DNA of 40,069 nucleotides from Cellvibrionales bacterium. GTDB taxonomy: Bacteria > Pseudomonadota > Gammaproteobacteria > Pseudomonadales > JAHEGP01. A program made the translations under genes and the position numbers. Location: NCBI GenBank assembly GCA_024645065.1, contig JAHEGP010000003.1, positions 1-40,069 on the forward strand. Reading direction: 5' to 3'. This document shows positions 38,290 through 40,069 of this stretch, one piece after another; position 1 is the stretch's first letter; each line of letters opens with the position of its first letter. The notes under the pieces were generated by a model that saw only the letters and a program-made list of their open reading frames with translations, searched no databases and was not told the origin of the DNA.

Positions 38290-39598
38290 GGGCCTTCAAC
38301 ACGTCACGGTAATAGCTGGTCATTTGACGGGCACAGACATCCCAGCAAAACTTTTCCAAAATCCTGTCTCGACCCGCCTGGCCCAGCTGGGCGCGCCGGG
38401 CCGGGTCATCCAGCAAGCGCGCCACGGCTCCGGCTAGAGCCAGGGAATTCCGGGGTGGCACCACTTCTCCGGCGTCGCCAACCACCTCTGCCAGCGCGCC
38501 ACCGGTGGTCGAGACAACAGGCACCCCGCAGGCCATAGCCTCGCCGGCGGGCAGGCCAAAGCCCTCGTACACCGAAGGCACCACCACCAGCGTTGCCTCG
38601 GCATAGTAGCGCACCAGACGTTCGGTCGAGATCCCGTTGACGAGTTCGATCGCGTGGCCCACGCCCAGCTTCGCTATCAGCCGCTGGGTCTCGCCACCGG
38701 GCCTGGGTTTACTGACCAGCAGCAGCTCCAGACCCGGATACTGCCGCAACAAGCGGGCGAATGCCTCGATCAGGTAGCGTACGCCCTTGAGCGGCGCATC
38801 TGCGGAAGCCGTTGCCATCAGCCTCAGGGGCCGCCGTTCCACCCCGGGCACAGGCGCAAAAACCTCGGTGTCGATGCCGTTGTAGACCAGTTGGATGCCT
38901 TGTTCAGGCATATCGAAAGCCAGCGCAATGTCCTTTCGCGATTGGCTGGAAACGGTCACCACGTTGCGCAGTTGACGGGCCACCCGTCTCTGCATCGACA
39001 GAAAATGATACCAGCGACGGATCAACAGCTTTTCCCACCATTTATGAGCGGCGTTGAGGGCGATCATCTTGTCACTGCTTATGGGATGGTGAATAGTGGT
39101 GACCAGGGCTTGGCGACGCTGGATATTGAGCATGCCATAAGCCAGGCACTGGTTATCATGCACCAGGTCGTAGCGGCTGCCATGCCGCTTCAGGTAGTCG
39201 TCCACGCGCATACCGAACGCCAGAGGCTCGGCAAAACCGCCGGTGAGCTTGCCAAACCATTCCGCCCAGTTGCTCAACCTCAGCATGTGGCGCGGGCGAA
39301 TCGAGGCCAGGCCGTTCTCGTAAATATTCATTCCCGGCAGTTTGATCAGTTTGACCCTGGGATCGAGGTGCGGGTAGGGCTCTCCCGAGATGACATCGAC
39401 CCGATGTCCCGCGTCCACCAGCGCCTTGCTCAGGTATTTCAGGTAAATGCCCTGGCCACCACCGTAGGGCGCGCTGCGATAGCCCAGCAGGCATATCCGC
39501 AGTGATGCCTGCTGGGCTGCGGCGCCGATCGGGATCACCTCTGCTGATCGGCCAGGATGGGGAGGGCTGGAATTTGCTTCCGCCTGATTGATCAACAC
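38276..39598 (-). CDS. GT4 glycosyltransferase resembling mycobacterial ManT (alpha-1,4-mannosyltransferase)
   Basis: RICLLGYRS.PYGGGQGIY, SGEPYP, TGGFAEPLAF, HDNQCL, TIHHPI, TASADAPLKG, EX7E motif EGFGLPAGE; AGGAG RBS; 14-nt overlap with the next gene. Confidence 0.85.
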   Translation of the reverse strand: MLINQAEANSSPPHPGRSAEVIPIGAAAQQASLRICLLGYRSAPYGGGQGIYLKYLSKALVDAGHRVDVISGEPYPHLDPRVKLIKLPGMNIYENGLASIRPRHMLRLSNWAEWFGKLTGGFAEPLAFGMRVDDYLKRHGSRYDLVHDNQCLAYGMLNIQRRQALVTTIHHPISSDKMIALNAAHKWWEKLLIRRWYHFLSMQRRVARQLRNVVTVSSQSRKDIALAFDMPEQGIQLVYNGIDTEVFAPVPGVERRPLRLMATASADAPLKGVRYLIEAFARLLRQYPGLELLLVSKPRPGGETQRLIAKLGVGHAIELVNGISTERLVRYYAEATLVVVPSVYEGFGLPAGEAMACGVPVVSTTGGALAEVVGDAGEVVPPRNSLALAGAVARLLDDPARRAQLGQAGRDRILEKFCWDVCARQMTSYYRDVLKAHENS

Positions 39599-39855
39599 AA
39601 CTCTCCTGCGCCCGCACTATTCGCTTAGGGATTAGGGTTCCGGAAACCGCTCTGCGAATTGTTCCAAACTTGCCTGCTCAACCGACCCACAACGATGCAG
39701 CGCTGGCACCGCGACCAGGCGGGTTCACGTATCAGGGGCACTGCGGAATCGACATAGCCCGAGTATACAGCAAACCGTGGCCAGCTGCGGTATGATTCCC
39801 AACCGTGGAATCGCCAGCCAGGCCCAGAGGGGGTACTATTATCAAGCTGACCAAT

Positions 39856-40069
39856 ATGGCGGAAGCCGAGTACAGGAGCTTGCAGCAGGGCGCCAGGGTG
39901 CTGGAGGAGGATTACCGGGGACCCAAGGTAATGATCCTGGCAGACGGGCGCATCATGAAATTATTTCGGCCACGCAAGACCTGGACCAGCGCCCGATTGT
40001 TTCCCCGCAGTTTGCGCTTTGCGAAAAATGCCCGGACGCTGCAGCAACTCGCCATCCCAACCGTTAGCG
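39856..40069 (+). CDS. Partial LPS kinase (Kdo/WaaP family, 'toluene tolerance protein'-like); runs off the window end and is absent from the ORF track
   Basis: MAEAEYRSLQQGARVLEEDYRGPKVMILADGRIMKLFRPRKTWTSARLFPRSLRFAKNARTLQQLAIPTVS, open to the end; start may be upstream (in-frame GTG 39805). Confidence 0.7.
   Translation, partial: MAEAEYRSLQQGARVLEEDYRGPKVMILADGRIMKLFRPRKTWTSARLFPRSLRFAKNARTLQQLAIPTVS

Overview
GC-rich chromosomal region of a gammaproteobacterium; gene content and synteny suggest a marine Cellvibrionales/Halieaceae-like organism (inference). No mobile element, CRISPR array, rRNA or tRNA was seen. From left to right: a ZnuD-like TonB-dependent receptor preceded by a small CxxC/RAPP leader ORF (DUF2946/CruR-like), divergent from a P1B heavy-metal ATPase; a DUF481 outer membrane protein; a PPOX/F420-type protein with a Lys-rich tail; hinT-cmoA-cmoB; MipA/OmpV; HGPRT; MscS; an alpha/beta hydrolase; a CHASE-GGDEF cyclase; LysR divergent from aceK; an XRE/MmyB regulator; a BtuFCD-like ABC importer; a methyltransferase; a 2-hydroxyacid dehydrogenase; yqiB-cpdA-parE divergent from tolC; and an LPS-core block (waaA, FAD oxidoreductase, aldo-keto reductase, GT4, waaC, hldE, partial LPS kinase). 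The standout is a four-gene cassette at 35936-39598 (GT4, methyltransferase, alpha/alpha-barrel 'prenyltransferase-like' protein, Methyltransf_24). By recalled motif similarity it matches the mycobacterial 3-O-methylmannose polysaccharide (MMP) cluster (manT, orfD, mmpH, meT1), and here it sits inside a Gram-negative LPS locus. All family calls come from motif recognition, not database searches.
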